A DNA stretch of 64,000 bases from a virus (Duplodnaviria > Caudoviricetes). The position numbers were made by a program, and so were the translations under genes. The DNA is taken from positions 1 to 64,000 of IMG/VR virus record IMGVR_UViG_2811995091_000080; one strand, written 5' to 3'. The notes beneath the pieces are model-generated. The model was not told the origin of the DNA and searched no databases. It worked only from the letters and a program-made list of their open reading frames with translations. This document shows, one piece after another, positions 16,318 to 26,004 of this stretch (position 1 is the stretch's first letter; every line of letters starts with the position of its first letter).

Positions 16318-16869
16318 ATGGCTGCATTCTCTTTATGCAAGATTCCGGATTGTGGAAACCCCAAGCGGGCGCGGGGATGGTGCGCAAAGCACTACATGCG
16401 CTGGAAAACGCATGGAGACCCTAAGATTAATCTATTGCCGCAAAGGCGCGTGCGGCAAAAAGTTATCCGTACTTGCAAAATTGATGGCTGCGAACGTGAT
16501 GTGGTTAGCCGGGGGTGGTGTAACGCACATTATCATAGGTGGTCTCGAAGCGGGGAAGTAAACGAAGCAACGCCCATCAAAGAGATTGGTAAACAATCTC
16601 GCTGCGTCGAGAAAAGCGGATACGTGACTTACACGGATAGTTCTCATCCTATGGCGAATAAGAATGGCCGCGTTCTAGAGCACCGCGCCGTGATGGCCGA
16701 GGTGCTCGGACGCCCGCTCCGTAAGGACGAAAACGTACACCACAAGAATGGCAACCGATCCGATAATCGACCCGAGAACTTGGAACTTTGGGTTAAGCAG
16801 CAACCTGCCGGGCAGCGAGTCGAAGACTTACTGGCGTGGGCAAACGAGATCATCGACCGCTACGGCTAG
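16318..16869 (+). CDS. Free-standing HNH homing endonuclease with zinc-binding repeats
   Basis: EHRAVMAEVLGRPL...VHHKNGNRSDNRPENLEL, two C..GWC..HY repeats. Absent from B. Confidence 0.92.
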   Translation: MAAFSLCKIPDCGNPKRARGWCAKHYMRWKTHGDPKINLLPQRRVRQKVIRTCKIDGCERDVVSRGWCNAHYHRWSRSGEVNEATPIKEIGKQSRCVEKSGYVTYTDSSHPMANKNGRVLEHRAVMAEVLGRPLRKDENVHHKNGNRSDNRPENLELWVKQQPAGQRVEDLLAWANEIIDRYG

Positions 16870-16983
16870 CCGTACTGGACCGACTGATAGGGGTAAGCGA
16901 GGCGCTGCCCCGACCATATGGAAAGTAAGCGCAAAGAATGGGCGGAGCGAGAGTTCCGCCCCAACCCCTTTGGGAGAATACCA

Positions 16984-17196
16984 ATGACCAAGAAGAAAGA
17001 CGGCGAGATGGAAGCTTCGGGCGCTATCATCGCGAAAGAAGACAAGGCAATCGACACCAGCCATCCGGCGGTCGATGCCAACCCGCGCCAGGGCGATGAC
17101 CTTCCGCCCGAGGCCAATCAGATCGACTTCAACGTTCCTTCGGCGCAGAAGCCTGCCAAGGAAGCCGTTGCAGACAACCTGAAGGCGCAGGACTAA
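16984..17196 (+). CDS. Small acidic protein after capsid
   Basis: Identical protein at 58990-59202. Confidence 0.75.
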   Translation: MTKKKDGEMEASGAIIAKEDKAIDTSHPAVDANPRQGDDLPPEANQIDFNVPSAQKPAKEAVADNLKAQD

Positions 17197-17221
17197 GCGT
17201 GCGGCGGCGGAGGGCGCAACG

Positions 17222-17764
17222 ATGACTTACAACCTTCGCCGCCTCACCCCTATTGATGGTGAGGATGTGCTACCGCTTGCTGATGCGAAGCTGTCCGCGC
17301 ATATCACCAGCGACGACGAGGACACTGTGCTTGCGGGCTTCCGTGATGCCGCGCTGTCTGAAGTCGAGAAGCTATCCGGCTATGCTGTGGACGGCGGCCA
17401 GTTCGTTTGGGAGCAACCCCGTTTCGGGCGGCACAATATCCTGCCGGTTCGCGGTGCAACCTCGATTGATAGCGTGGCATATATGGGCAGCGATGGCGTT
17501 AGCGCGAGCTATGCGGACGCGCGCCTAGTCAACGGCGCGGCCTACCCCGCTGTCGGTGGATCTTGGCCCACGGCCTACGGCTCGGCGGCAATAACCTTCA
17601 CGGTGGACGCTGCCTCGGCTGACAAGCTGGCGCTGCTGATTATCGCGGCGCAGCTGAAGTTTCAGGTCTTCGAGAACCGAGGGCGCGACGACGCCAAGTA
17701 TATCGAAGGCATCGAGATGGCGATTGCCTCCACTCTCAATTCGATCCGTGGCGATACGCTGTGA
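17222..17764 (+). CDS. Head-tail connector (HK97 gp6 / SPP1 gp15-like)
   Basis: LPLADAKLSAHI..DDED motif, synteny. Confidence 0.8.
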   Translation: MTYNLRRLTPIDGEDVLPLADAKLSAHITSDDEDTVLAGFRDAALSEVEKLSGYAVDGGQFVWEQPRFGRHNILPVRGATSIDSVAYMGSDGVSASYADARLVNGAAYPAVGGSWPTAYGSAAITFTVDAASADKLALLIIAAQLKFQVFENRGRDDAKYIEGIEMAIASTLNSIRGDTL

Positions 17765-18087
17765 CCGCAGGACGTAGGGACCAGCTTGTCACGCTGGAGC
17801 GATATTCAGCCACTATGAACGAATACAACGAAGAGGTCGATTTCGTTTGGACGCCTCTCGGACAAGAATGGGCAGCGGTTTACTACGGCAAAGGCAGCGA
17901 GCGTCGGCAGGCCGCTATGGAGCAGGGAAGCCAGCCCGCTAACTTCCAATTCCTGTCGAACGCGCAGACGCGGGGGCTGACGCTGAAGGATCGCATCGAG
18001 CATAACGGCGTCTGGGATGTGGTCGGCATTAGCCCCGATACGCCCGAGCGCGGATTGCTGGAGGTTACGGCAGTTCGCGCAGCCTAA
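17761..18087 (+). CDS. Head closure / head-tail adaptor (SPP1 gp16-like)
   Basis: AGRRDQLVTL...NEYNE...WA motif, synteny. Confidence 0.85.
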   Translation: MTAGRRDQLVTLERYSATMNEYNEEVDFVWTPLGQEWAAVYYGKGSERRQAAMEQGSQPANFQFLSNAQTRGLTLKDRIEHNGVWDVVGISPDTPERGLLEVTAVRAA

Positions 18088-18404
18088 GCGCAACGCTGAA
18101 GGGCCGAACGATAAGGGATAAGCCCGTTAACTCGCCAGACCTTGCCCTCGCCATCGTTTGAGATGGTGATGAACAGCGTCGTGGCGTTCTCCTGAACAAA
18201 GGTAATTGTCGTTTCGCTCTCACCTTGAAGGACTGAGGGCGAGCCGATCTTCGAGACGCTTTCGGAGATGCACTGGGCAACGCGCATCGGGGGCTTGGCG
18301 GTGTTGAATGTGTGAACTGGCGGGCGGTTGCGCAGGTCGGATGCGGTTGTCGTGCAAGCCATGACACTGGCGGCGGCGACTAGCGCGAGAGCGGTTCTTT
18401 TCAT
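18084..18404 (-). CDS. Antisense moron lipoprotein
   Basis: MKRTALALVAAASVMAC signal peptide/lipobox. Conserved at 60087-60407. Confidence 0.8.
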   Translation of the reverse strand: MKRTALALVAAASVMACTTTASDLRNRPPVHTFNTAKPPMRVAQCISESVSKIGSPSVLQGESETTITFVQENATTLFITISNDGEGKVWRVNGLIPYRSALQRCA

Positions 18405-18452
18405 GGCCGAGCAATAGCGACCAAGTTTAGCGAAAAGTCAAGGGGTGCGGCA

Positions 18453-18914
18453 ATGAAGTTCAGCACCAAGACAACCGGCTTCGAGGGTCTGGAGGACATG
18501 CTCATTGAACTTGAGCAGTTCAGCGGGCGTACGACCACCGGCAAGAACGCGGTCCAGCGCGGGCTTAAAAAGGCGATGAAGCACATTGAGGACAAAGCGA
18601 AGTCGCTTGTTCCGGTGGATGACGGCGACCTGCGCGACAGCATCACGACGAAGAAGGAACGGGCGAAGCGGCAGCGCGGCTCGGCCAAGTTCCAGCGGCA
18701 GACGGGGATCTCAATGCTGACCGGCCCGACCGGCAAGCAAGAGGGCGGCAACGCGGCTTGGCAGGAGTTCGGGACCGTGAAGATGACGCCCGCGCCATAC
18801 ATGCGGCCCGCCGCAGATTCGGAAAGCGACAAGGTGATCGCGGACGTAGCGAAAGAGCTTCAGGACGCCATCGGCAAGTCTGTTGCACGCGCACGAAAGA
18901 AGGCGGGGAAGTAA
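18453..18914 (+). CDS. HK97 gp10-like tail component
   Basis: PVDDGDLRDSI, EFGTVKM..PYMRPA. Confidence 0.88.
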   Translation: MKFSTKTTGFEGLEDMLIELEQFSGRTTTGKNAVQRGLKKAMKHIEDKAKSLVPVDDGDLRDSITTKKERAKRQRGSAKFQRQTGISMLTGPTGKQEGGNAAWQEFGTVKMTPAPYMRPAADSESDKVIADVAKELQDAIGKSVARARKKAGK

Positions 18915-19310
18915 ATGGCAGACCTGCAAAGCGCGCTGTTCTCGCGCCTCACCACCGCGCTGTCGGGCAGCATCGGCACCCGCGCTTACTGGTCGAAAGT
19001 TCCGCAGGGGGCGGCAATGCCGTATCTTCGGATGCAGACGGTTAGCGACCCGCGCCCCGAGCATCTTGGCGGGTATGACGAGAGCCGCATCACGCGGGTT
19101 CAGGTGGATGTGTTCTCGCGCTCCTACGCGGAAGCGCGGGCGATCTCGGAAAGCATCATTAGCGCAGTAGCGCAGCCCGCCACGGTCGCGGGCGTCAAGT
19201 TCGGTCGCACGAAGGCGGAAGGCCCGCGCGACCTTGGGGAAGACGTTGAAGGCGTCGGATATGTGCATCGGCTCAGTCTTGACCTGCTGGCCGAGCATTC
19301 ACTGGCATAA
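18915..19310 (+). CDS. Tail terminator (DUF3168-like)
   Basis: RVQVDVFSRSY motif, synteny. Confidence 0.8.
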   Translation: MADLQSALFSRLTTALSGSIGTRAYWSKVPQGAAMPYLRMQTVSDPRPEHLGGYDESRITRVQVDVFSRSYAEARAISESIISAVAQPATVAGVKFGRTKAEGPRDLGEDVEGVGYVHRLSLDLLAEHSLA

Positions 19311-19328
19311 GGTCCACGGAGTAACACA

Positions 19329-19787
19329 ATGGCTGAAACGACTGAAGCCTCGACCGGCTATGCTGGTGAGGTCTGGCTGAGCACTGACGACACCACCGGC
19401 AACCTCGCGGAACTGGTCCAGGTTGTCAGCTTTTCACTGCCGAGCGACACCGCAGAGCGCGTGGAAACCACGCACCTGAAGTCGGCAAACCGCCGCCGCG
19501 AATATACCACCGGCATGATCGACGGCGGCGAACTGGAGGTGACGCTGAACTTCCGTCCCGGAACGGATACGGACCAGCTCATTGAGGGCGCGCTGACTGG
19601 CGGCGATCCTCGAGCGGCCCGCTTCAACATTCCCGAACTGGGCACACTGGCGTGGACCTACGACACCACCGTTCAGGTTATCGGCTACAATAAGGGCGAA
19701 GTGACCGCAGACGGCAAGATGGAAGCCACTGTCACGATGGCCGTTAGCGGCGCTGTGACTGGCGGCGCATACGTCGAGCCTGTTTAA
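19329..19787 (+). CDS. Major tail tube protein
   Basis: VETTHLKS...GMIDGGELEVTLNF. Confidence 0.88.
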   Translation: MAETTEASTGYAGEVWLSTDDTTGNLAELVQVVSFSLPSDTAERVETTHLKSANRRREYTTGMIDGGELEVTLNFRPGTDTDQLIEGALTGGDPRAARFNIPELGTLAWTYDTTVQVIGYNKGEVTADGKMEATVTMAVSGAVTGGAYVEPV

Positions 19788-20173
19788 TGGCTAACGCGAT
19801 CAAAGGCGAAACCCCGCTCGTCCTTAGCGACGGGCGGGAGTTCACCCTCGTTCTCGACATGGAAGCCCTTGTCGAAGCGGAAACGATCTACGGAAAGCCG
19901 CTTTCCAAGTTGATGGAAGACGCCATGTCAGGCTTCATGGGGGCAGCTGCCGCCATGTTGCAGGGGGCCGCTGCCCGCCATCACGGGTTGAAGCGCGGCG
20001 ATGCGCTCGAAATCATTCGCACCGACATGGGCGAGGTGGTTGAGGCCCTCACACGCGCAAGCGAAAGCGCCTTTCCTGATGAGGTGGAGGCGGGAAACGC
20101 GCCCGCGCCCAAGCCCAAGGCAAAAAAGCCTCGTGGGAAGACCTCTGGGCGCAATGGTGCGAAGCAGGGCTAG
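19787..20173 (+). CDS. Tail assembly chaperone G
   Basis: Lies between tail tube and tape measure genes, with a slippery site. Confidence 0.8.
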   Translation: MANAIKGETPLVLSDGREFTLVLDMEALVEAETIYGKPLSKLMEDAMSGFMGAAAAMLQGAAARHHGLKRGDALEIIRTDMGEVVEALTRASESAFPDEVEAGNAPAPKPKAKKPRGKTSGRNGAKQG

Positions 20174-20412
20174 AGCCTGACGCATTCTGGCGGGCGACCC
20201 CCCGCACCTTTGCGCTGATCGTCAGCGCACGAATGAAGGCGACGGGCGACCTCGCCACGATGATCGGTTGGAGTTCCGAGCGGTTTGCGCGGCTCCAGAA
20301 GGTCAAGTCGCTGGATGAATACCTGAAACCGGCAAAGCCAACGTCAGCAGACGAAGGCGCAAGGGCTGTGCAGCGCATGTTCGCGCGCATGGCAGCGAAG
20401 CAAGGGGAATAA
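20092..20412 (+). CDS. -1 frameshift extension (GT) from G GGA AAC at 20092-20098
   Basis: Heptamer correctly phased. The -1 frame is open to TAA 20410-20412 (LWAQWCEAGLEPDAFWRATPR). Confidence 0.75.
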   Translation, partial: GKRARAQAQGKKASWEDLWAQWCEAGLEPDAFWRATPRTFALIVSARMKATGDLATMIGWSSERFARLQKVKSLDEYLKPAKPTSADEGARAVQRMFARMAAKQGE

Positions 20413-20413
20413 C

Positions 20414-22429
20414 ATGGCGCTAGGTGACGTTATTGCCCGCTTGGCGGTGAACCTCTCGCTTGAGACAGCAGCCTTCGAGAAGGGCGCAACCAAGTCCGAA
20501 AAGCGCATGAACCAGATGCGCCGCAAGTTCTCGGACTTCAGCAAGTCGATTGCCATTGGCGCGGCGGGCATCGGGACGGCCATTGCGGGCATCAATAAGG
20601 TCTTTGGCGACCTCGCCCAGAAGTCGAAGGAGATGGGCAACGCGGCGCAGGTCGCGGGCGAAAGCTTCGAGGACTTCCAACGCCAAGCCTACGGCGCGCG
20701 GATGGTCGGCGTCGAGTTCGACAAGCTGGGCGATATTTTCAAGGACGTTCGGGATCGCATCGGTGACTTCGCCCAGACGGGCGGTGGGCCGATGGCCGAC
20801 TTCTTCGAGAACATCGCCCCCAAGGTTGGCGTAACGGCCAAGGCTTTCGAGGGCTTGGGCGGTAGGGACTCGCTTCAGCTTTACTACGATAGCTTGAAGA
20901 AGGCGAACGTCAGCCAAGAGGATATGGTCTTCTACCTGGAGGCTATGGCTTCGGACGCCACCAACCTGATCCCGCTGCTTGAGAATGGCGGCGCGGCTTG
21001 GGAGCGTTACGGCGATAAGGCTGCGGTTATCACCGAGGACCAGCGCGCCCAGCTTCAGCGTTACGAAGAGTCGATGGCGAAGCTGGACAACTCGCTCCAG
21101 CAGCTTGCGCTAACGCTGGTCGATAGCGGTCTGATCGACAAGTTCGCCAACTTCGCGGAGCAGCTTGCGGCTGTCACCGAAGGCTTTAGCGGCGTCTCTG
21201 TTGCGGCTAATGCTGCCGATGAGGAAATGAAGAAAACGGAGGGTGCGCGCAAGTTCGGTAGCGACCTCCGCGCCCTTAGCGACAGCATCAACGAATGGTA
21301 TCTGGCGACCGATAAGGCGTTTGCCGATGCTGGCGCGGGCATTCGTAACTTCTTCGTCAGCGTGTGGGATGGCTTCAACCGATGGTGGACCGACCTGAAG
21401 GCCACGGCTGCGCAACTGGCGCAGGTGGGCAAGGATATGGTCGCGGGTCTTGTCAGCGGCATCAAGTCTGCCCCCGGCGCGGTGGGTGACGCACTTGTCG
21501 GCATCGCCTCCAGCGGGCTTGCGAAGGTCAAGAACTTCCTTGGCATCAAGTCGCCTTCGCGCGTCTTTATGGAGATCGGCGGGTATATCTCCGAGGGTCT
21601 GGCCATCGGGATCGAGGGCGGCATCGGGCGCGTCAATGCTGCGGTCGGCAAGATGACGGAAGCGGCAAAGCAGGCGGCGCGTGAAACCCAGGCCTTGCTC
21701 GACCGCCTGTTTCCTGAAGTGCGCAAGATGCTCGACTATGAGCGCGAACTGCAACTGATCGGCAAGGCTGACCTGTCCGACGATGCGAAGACCGAAGCGC
21801 GTCTGCGTCTGGGGCGGGAGCGCGATGGGCGTCCAGTCGAAGGCGGTGGCTTCACGGTATCGGATAGCGTCTTGAACGCGCCCAGCCTGATTAAAGGCAT
21901 GGAAGAAGTGGGCGATAGTCTGAAAGGGCTTGGCGACAAGGCTAAGGTTCAGACCGTCCGCATTGCCGAGACGTTCAAGGACATGGCCGAAAGCACGCTT
22001 GCTGCGGTTGACCGGATGGCGAACGCTATCAAGGGCGGCGGCTTCCTTGATATCCTTTCCGGCGTGGTGGGTCTGGGTATTCAGCTCGGCAGCATCGGCG
22101 CATTCGGCAAGAGCATTCAGGCGAACATCAACAAGGGCATTCCCGGCTATGCGACGGGCACCCGCAACCATCCCGGCGGTCTGGCAATCGTCGGTGAGCG
22201 CGGGCCGGAGCTAGTGAGTATGCCGCGCGGATCGTCGGTGTTCACCAATAGCGAGAGCCGCGCGATGATGGGCGGTCGTGGCGGCAACACCTACAACTTC
22301 AGCGGCAACCTTCTGACGCCGGAGTTCTGGGACCGGATTAACGCTGGCGATATGGCTGCTGCGCAAGGCGGCGCGCAAGCTGCGGCCCAGAACTCTCGCT
22401 TTGCTGCTTCACGGAGTTTGCGCCGATGA
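20414..22429 (+). CDS. Tape measure protein
   Basis: Long Ala/Gly-rich helical ORF, LGIKSPSRVF, C-terminal YATGT...VGERGPE. Confidence 0.92.
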   Translation: MALGDVIARLAVNLSLETAAFEKGATKSEKRMNQMRRKFSDFSKSIAIGAAGIGTAIAGINKVFGDLAQKSKEMGNAAQVAGESFEDFQRQAYGARMVGVEFDKLGDIFKDVRDRIGDFAQTGGGPMADFFENIAPKVGVTAKAFEGLGGRDSLQLYYDSLKKANVSQEDMVFYLEAMASDATNLIPLLENGGAAWERYGDKAAVITEDQRAQLQRYEESMAKLDNSLQQLALTLVDSGLIDKFANFAEQLAAVTEGFSGVSVAANAADEEMKKTEGARKFGSDLRALSDSINEWYLATDKAFADAGAGIRNFFVSVWDGFNRWWTDLKATAAQLAQVGKDMVAGLVSGIKSAPGAVGDALVGIASSGLAKVKNFLGIKSPSRVFMEIGGYISEGLAIGIEGGIGRVNAAVGKMTEAAKQAARETQALLDRLFPEVRKMLDYERELQLIGKADLSDDAKTEARLRLGRERDGRPVEGGGFTVSDSVLNAPSLIKGMEEVGDSLKGLGDKAKVQTVRIAETFKDMAESTLAAVDRMANAIKGGGFLDILSGVVGLGIQLGSIGAFGKSIQANINKGIPGYATGTRNHPGGLAIVGERGPELVSMPRGSSVFTNSESRAMMGGRGGNTYNFSGNLLTPEFWDRINAGDMAAAQGGAQAAAQNSRFAASRSLRR

Positions 22430-22995
22430 TTGAGCTTCCTACCGGCGTAGTGCCGAGCGAAATGGAAGTGCTGGCGCTCGACCAAGGGAGCGTTGTGCGT
22501 GGGGCTTCCTCGCTTCGTATCGACCGCCCCGGCAACCGCTACGCAATCGGCTTCACGTTCCCGCCTAGCGCCAAGCCCAAGCTTGCAAGGATCGTTCGGG
22601 CAAAGCGGCAGGGCATCCGTGTTTATCTGCCGCTGAAAGTGCCGCAGGGGTCGCCGGGAACGCCTGTGGTCGATGGCGCGGGCCAGTCGGGCACCTCGCT
22701 TGACGTTCGCGGCTTCACGCCGGGGTATTTCGCTAAGGAAGACTACTGGCTGACGATCATAGACGCCAGCGGCAACGGCTATCTGCATCAAGTTGTCGAG
22801 ACGGTGGGCGCGGACGGGACCGGAGCGGCAACCCTTAGCATCGAGCCGCCTCTGCGTGCCCCGTTCGCTGATGGTGCGACTATCGAGTTCGCCAAGCCCT
22901 ACATCGAGGGTTTCATCGACGGTGAGAACTGGGGCTGGAACACGCCGACTAACTGGCTGGTGTCGATTGGCTTGGTGGTGGAGGAATACGAGTGA
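22426..22995 (+). CDS. Distal tail (Dit-like) protein
   Basis: Synteny after the tape measure gene. Confidence 0.6.
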   Translation: MIELPTGVVPSEMEVLALDQGSVVRGASSLRIDRPGNRYAIGFTFPPSAKPKLARIVRAKRQGIRVYLPLKVPQGSPGTPVVDGAGQSGTSLDVRGFTPGYFAKEDYWLTIIDASGNGYLHQVVETVGADGTGAATLSIEPPLRAPFADGATIEFAKPYIEGFIDGENWGWNTPTNWLVSIGLVVEEYE

Positions 22996-23606
22996 GCCGC
23001 GTTGCCCTAACCGGCCTCCTGACAATCGAGCTGCCCGAAGCAACCCTGCGCTTCACCGATGGCGGCTTCATCGAATACAACGGCGAAACCTACCGCGCCA
23101 AGGATGACACCTTCGGCACGATCCAGTCGGTGCAGCCGCTATCCGAAGGCGTGGGCGATAGCGTCCCTGCCCTGTCGATCACGATGCTACCGCCCGATAC
23201 AAGCGCAGTCGCAGACCTGACCAAGCCGGGACACCAAACCTCGCAAGTGCAATTTGTGCTGGCGGAATACGATGTTGACGCGGGCACGATCAATTCGGCG
23301 GATGTATTGTTTACCGGACAGATCGACCAAAGCGTTCTGACGGTCGGCAAGGGCAAGCGCGAACTGGCGATGTCGGTTGTGAGCCTCGCTGAGCGGCTTT
23401 TCGAGGGCAACACCGGCAACTCGCTCAATCCTACGTTCCACAAGTCGGTGTGGCCTGGAGAAACGGGCCACGACAACGCAACGGGCCTTGCTGTTCCGGT
23501 TGCATGGGGCGTCGAGCGTCCCGGCGCGGGCACTCGCACATCGGGAAGCGGAAGCGGACCTGCGGGGCGCGAAGGCTTCGGCACCTACAGATACGATTAC
23601 CGCTGA
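22992..23606 (+). CDS. Minor tail / baseplate hub protein
   Basis: Synteny. Confidence 0.6.
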   Translation: MSRVALTGLLTIELPEATLRFTDGGFIEYNGETYRAKDDTFGTIQSVQPLSEGVGDSVPALSITMLPPDTSAVADLTKPGHQTSQVQFVLAEYDVDAGTINSADVLFTGQIDQSVLTVGKGKRELAMSVVSLAERLFEGNTGNSLNPTFHKSVWPGETGHDNATGLAVPVAWGVERPGAGTRTSGSGSGPAGREGFGTYRYDYR

Positions 23607-23607
23607 T

Positions 23608-24033
23608 ATGAAAAAGCTACCGGAACTTGAGCGCCGCAGGATTGCAACGGAAAAGACCCTTGCCCGCTATCGGCACAAGGAGTTCGATTGGTCGAAGGGT
23701 ATCACCTGCGTTCACCTCGCGCGTTTTCACCTGCGCAACATGGGGCACAAGGTCGAGACGTTGCCGCGCTTCCGTAGCGCACTGGGGGCCAAGCGGGCGC
23801 TTAGTGGGAAAGGCTATGGCAGTCTCGGGCGGCTGATGGACCGGATGCTCCCGCCGATTGCGCCTGCGCAGATGATGCTTGGGGATCTCGCGATGGTCCC
23901 CGGCGAGCAAGGGCTGGATGCACTGTTCGTCTGCGCTGGCCCGCTGAAGCTGTTTGGCTGGCGGGAGGACGAACCGAAGCTGGTCATCCTCGACGTGTCT
24001 TTGGACGAACTCACCGCGAGCTGGAGGGTGTAA
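23608..24033 (+). CDS. NlpC/P60-like tail assembly protein
   Basis: FDWSKGITCVH resembles F.WG..DC, AQMMLGDL. Lambda K-like position. Confidence 0.6.
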   Translation: MKKLPELERRRIATEKTLARYRHKEFDWSKGITCVHLARFHLRNMGHKVETLPRFRSALGAKRALSGKGYGSLGRLMDRMLPPIAPAQMMLGDLAMVPGEQGLDALFVCAGPLKLFGWREDEPKLVILDVSLDELTASWRV

Positions 24034-24034
24034 T

Positions 24035-25990
24035 TTGGCCAAAGCAGTCAAGACCATAGGGACGGTGGTCGGAACGATCGCGACCATCGCGTCATTCATT
24101 CCCGGTCCGCACCAGCCTTTCGCGATTGCAGCGTCTCGCATCGCTGCTGTTGCGGTCACGGCGGCAACGGTTGCGGAGGGCCTTACGGCCAAGCCGCCTC
24201 CCGCGCGGGGAAGTGTAACCCAAGTCCTGATCGCGCCGGATGCGCCGCAACCTTACGTCATGGGTGAGGGTTATTTTGCGGGCGTTCTGCGCCATGATGT
24301 CGGGTATGGCGCGACGCTCAAAAAAGTGCCCAATCCCTATCGGTTCATGCCGGTGGTGTATTCGGGCGGCGGGCCGGTTCAAAGCATCTCGCCCCGGTTC
24401 GATTTCGAGACAATTCCAAGCTGGTATAACGGCTTCCTCTACACCGACACCCAGTTAGGCGCTTGCCCCGAAGCTGATGCGCTGTCGCCTCAATGGGCGG
24501 GGGCTACGGGGTGGAGTTCGTCCTCCAAGCTATCCGGCCAAGCCGCGATTGGATGGAGCGCGCTTTTCGATAAGGACGGCAAGCGTTTCGCGGGCGTCGA
24601 TCTACGCAGCTCTATCGGTGCGTATGGCCAGTGGGTGAAGGTCTATGACCCGCGCAAGGACAGCACGTTCCCCGGCGGTTCTGGCTCGCACCGACTGGGT
24701 GACGAAACCACCTACGAATACAGCGCCAACCCTGCCCTGCACGCGGGCACGTATGCTTATGGCCGCTATCAAAACGGCAAGCGCACGATGGGCATGGGGC
24801 TGGCGGCGGATGCTGTCGATTGGGCCGTTATCGCCGCTTGGGCGAATGTCTGCGAAGCGAACGGTTGGGAAAACTTCTTCGGCGTAGTTTACGAGCCGGG
24901 CGACCGCTGGGCGAACCTGAAGGATATTTGCTTCGCTGGCGGGGCTGAGCCGGTTGCATTGGGGCAGCTAACCTTCCGCTATCGCGCGCCCACTGTCGCG
25001 CTCGATACGATCACCGAAGCGGACCTTACGGATGACGATCAAAGCGTGATGGCGATGCAGTCCTTCCGCGACCGCATCAACACCGGCATTCCGAAGTATC
25101 GCAGCCCTGCCCACAATTGGGAAATGGTCGATGCGGAGCCGGTGGTCAACTCCACCTTCCTGACCGAAGACGGCGAGGAAAAGCGCGAAACGTGGCCCTG
25201 CAACTTCGTCACCGACGAGGACCAGGCATCGCAGCTTGTGGCCTACCATATCTGGGACAGCCGCGAACTGGCCCCCATCTCGCTGGTCTGTATGCCGCGA
25301 CTGCGCGCCTACCGCCCCGGCGAATGTCTGCACCTCGACCTGCCGGAACTGGGGCTGGACACGACAGCAATCATCTTGCGGCGCGAACTCGATCCGGCGA
25401 CCATGAAGGTGAAGCTGGAACTGATGGGGGAAACGAGCGCAAAGCACGCTTACTGCTTGGGCCTTACCGGCACGGCACCGCCTACGCCTGCAATCGGGCA
25501 GACAGCGCAAGAGCGGGACGAACTCGCTTCCGCTGCCGCCGATCCGGCAGGTCTTGGGACGCTTAAGCTATCGAGCAGCTACACGCGCGGCCTCGCTGGT
25601 AACATCACGCAGATCCACGATGGCACCGGGACGGGCACGGTAACGGTCACGATACCCGACCACACCCGCGTATATGCGGACGGCACCGAGGCGTCCGTGA
25701 CTGGCGGCGACTTCACGCTGAACGAAACAACCAGCTATCTCCTGTCCTATGATGACCCCGACTTCGCAGGTGGCGAGTTGGGTGTGGACTTTTCGCTGGT
25801 TGAGATCACTCCCGGCACGGGCGGGCAGACTGGCGGCGATGCGGATTTCAGCGCAGCCAATCCGAACCGCCATTACCTCGCTAGCATCAGTACGGTGAAC
25901 GAGGCTGGCGAAGGCGGCGGCGCAGGCGGCTCGTCGCCTCCCGGCGGCGGGGGCTGGGACAATGACGATCCCGGCGGCGACATACCCTAA
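24035..25990 (+). CDS. Tail tip / host specificity (J-like) protein
   Basis: Large ORF with TTG start, YSANPALH motif, synteny. Confidence 0.7.
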   Translation: MAKAVKTIGTVVGTIATIASFIPGPHQPFAIAASRIAAVAVTAATVAEGLTAKPPPARGSVTQVLIAPDAPQPYVMGEGYFAGVLRHDVGYGATLKKVPNPYRFMPVVYSGGGPVQSISPRFDFETIPSWYNGFLYTDTQLGACPEADALSPQWAGATGWSSSSKLSGQAAIGWSALFDKDGKRFAGVDLRSSIGAYGQWVKVYDPRKDSTFPGGSGSHRLGDETTYEYSANPALHAGTYAYGRYQNGKRTMGMGLAADAVDWAVIAAWANVCEANGWENFFGVVYEPGDRWANLKDICFAGGAEPVALGQLTFRYRAPTVALDTITEADLTDDDQSVMAMQSFRDRINTGIPKYRSPAHNWEMVDAEPVVNSTFLTEDGEEKRETWPCNFVTDEDQASQLVAYHIWDSRELAPISLVCMPRLRAYRPGECLHLDLPELGLDTTAIILRRELDPATMKVKLELMGETSAKHAYCLGLTGTAPPTPAIGQTAQERDELASAAADPAGLGTLKLSSSYTRGLAGNITQIHDGTGTGTVTVTIPDHTRVYADGTEASVTGGDFTLNETTSYLLSYDDPDFAGGELGVDFSLVEITPGTGGQTGGDADFSAANPNRHYLASISTVNEAGEGGGAGGSSPPGGGGWDNDDPGGDIP

Positions 25991-26004
25991 GAAGGAAAAC
26001 ACAA

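Noticed and set aside
10400-18440. Head module repeated at 53109-60445 as a possible collapsed or duplicated assembly artefact
   Set aside because: The copies differ by many scattered synonymous substitutions and one clean cassette insertion, so they are diverged alleles rather than an exact duplication. A chimeric join of two real phages is still possible.
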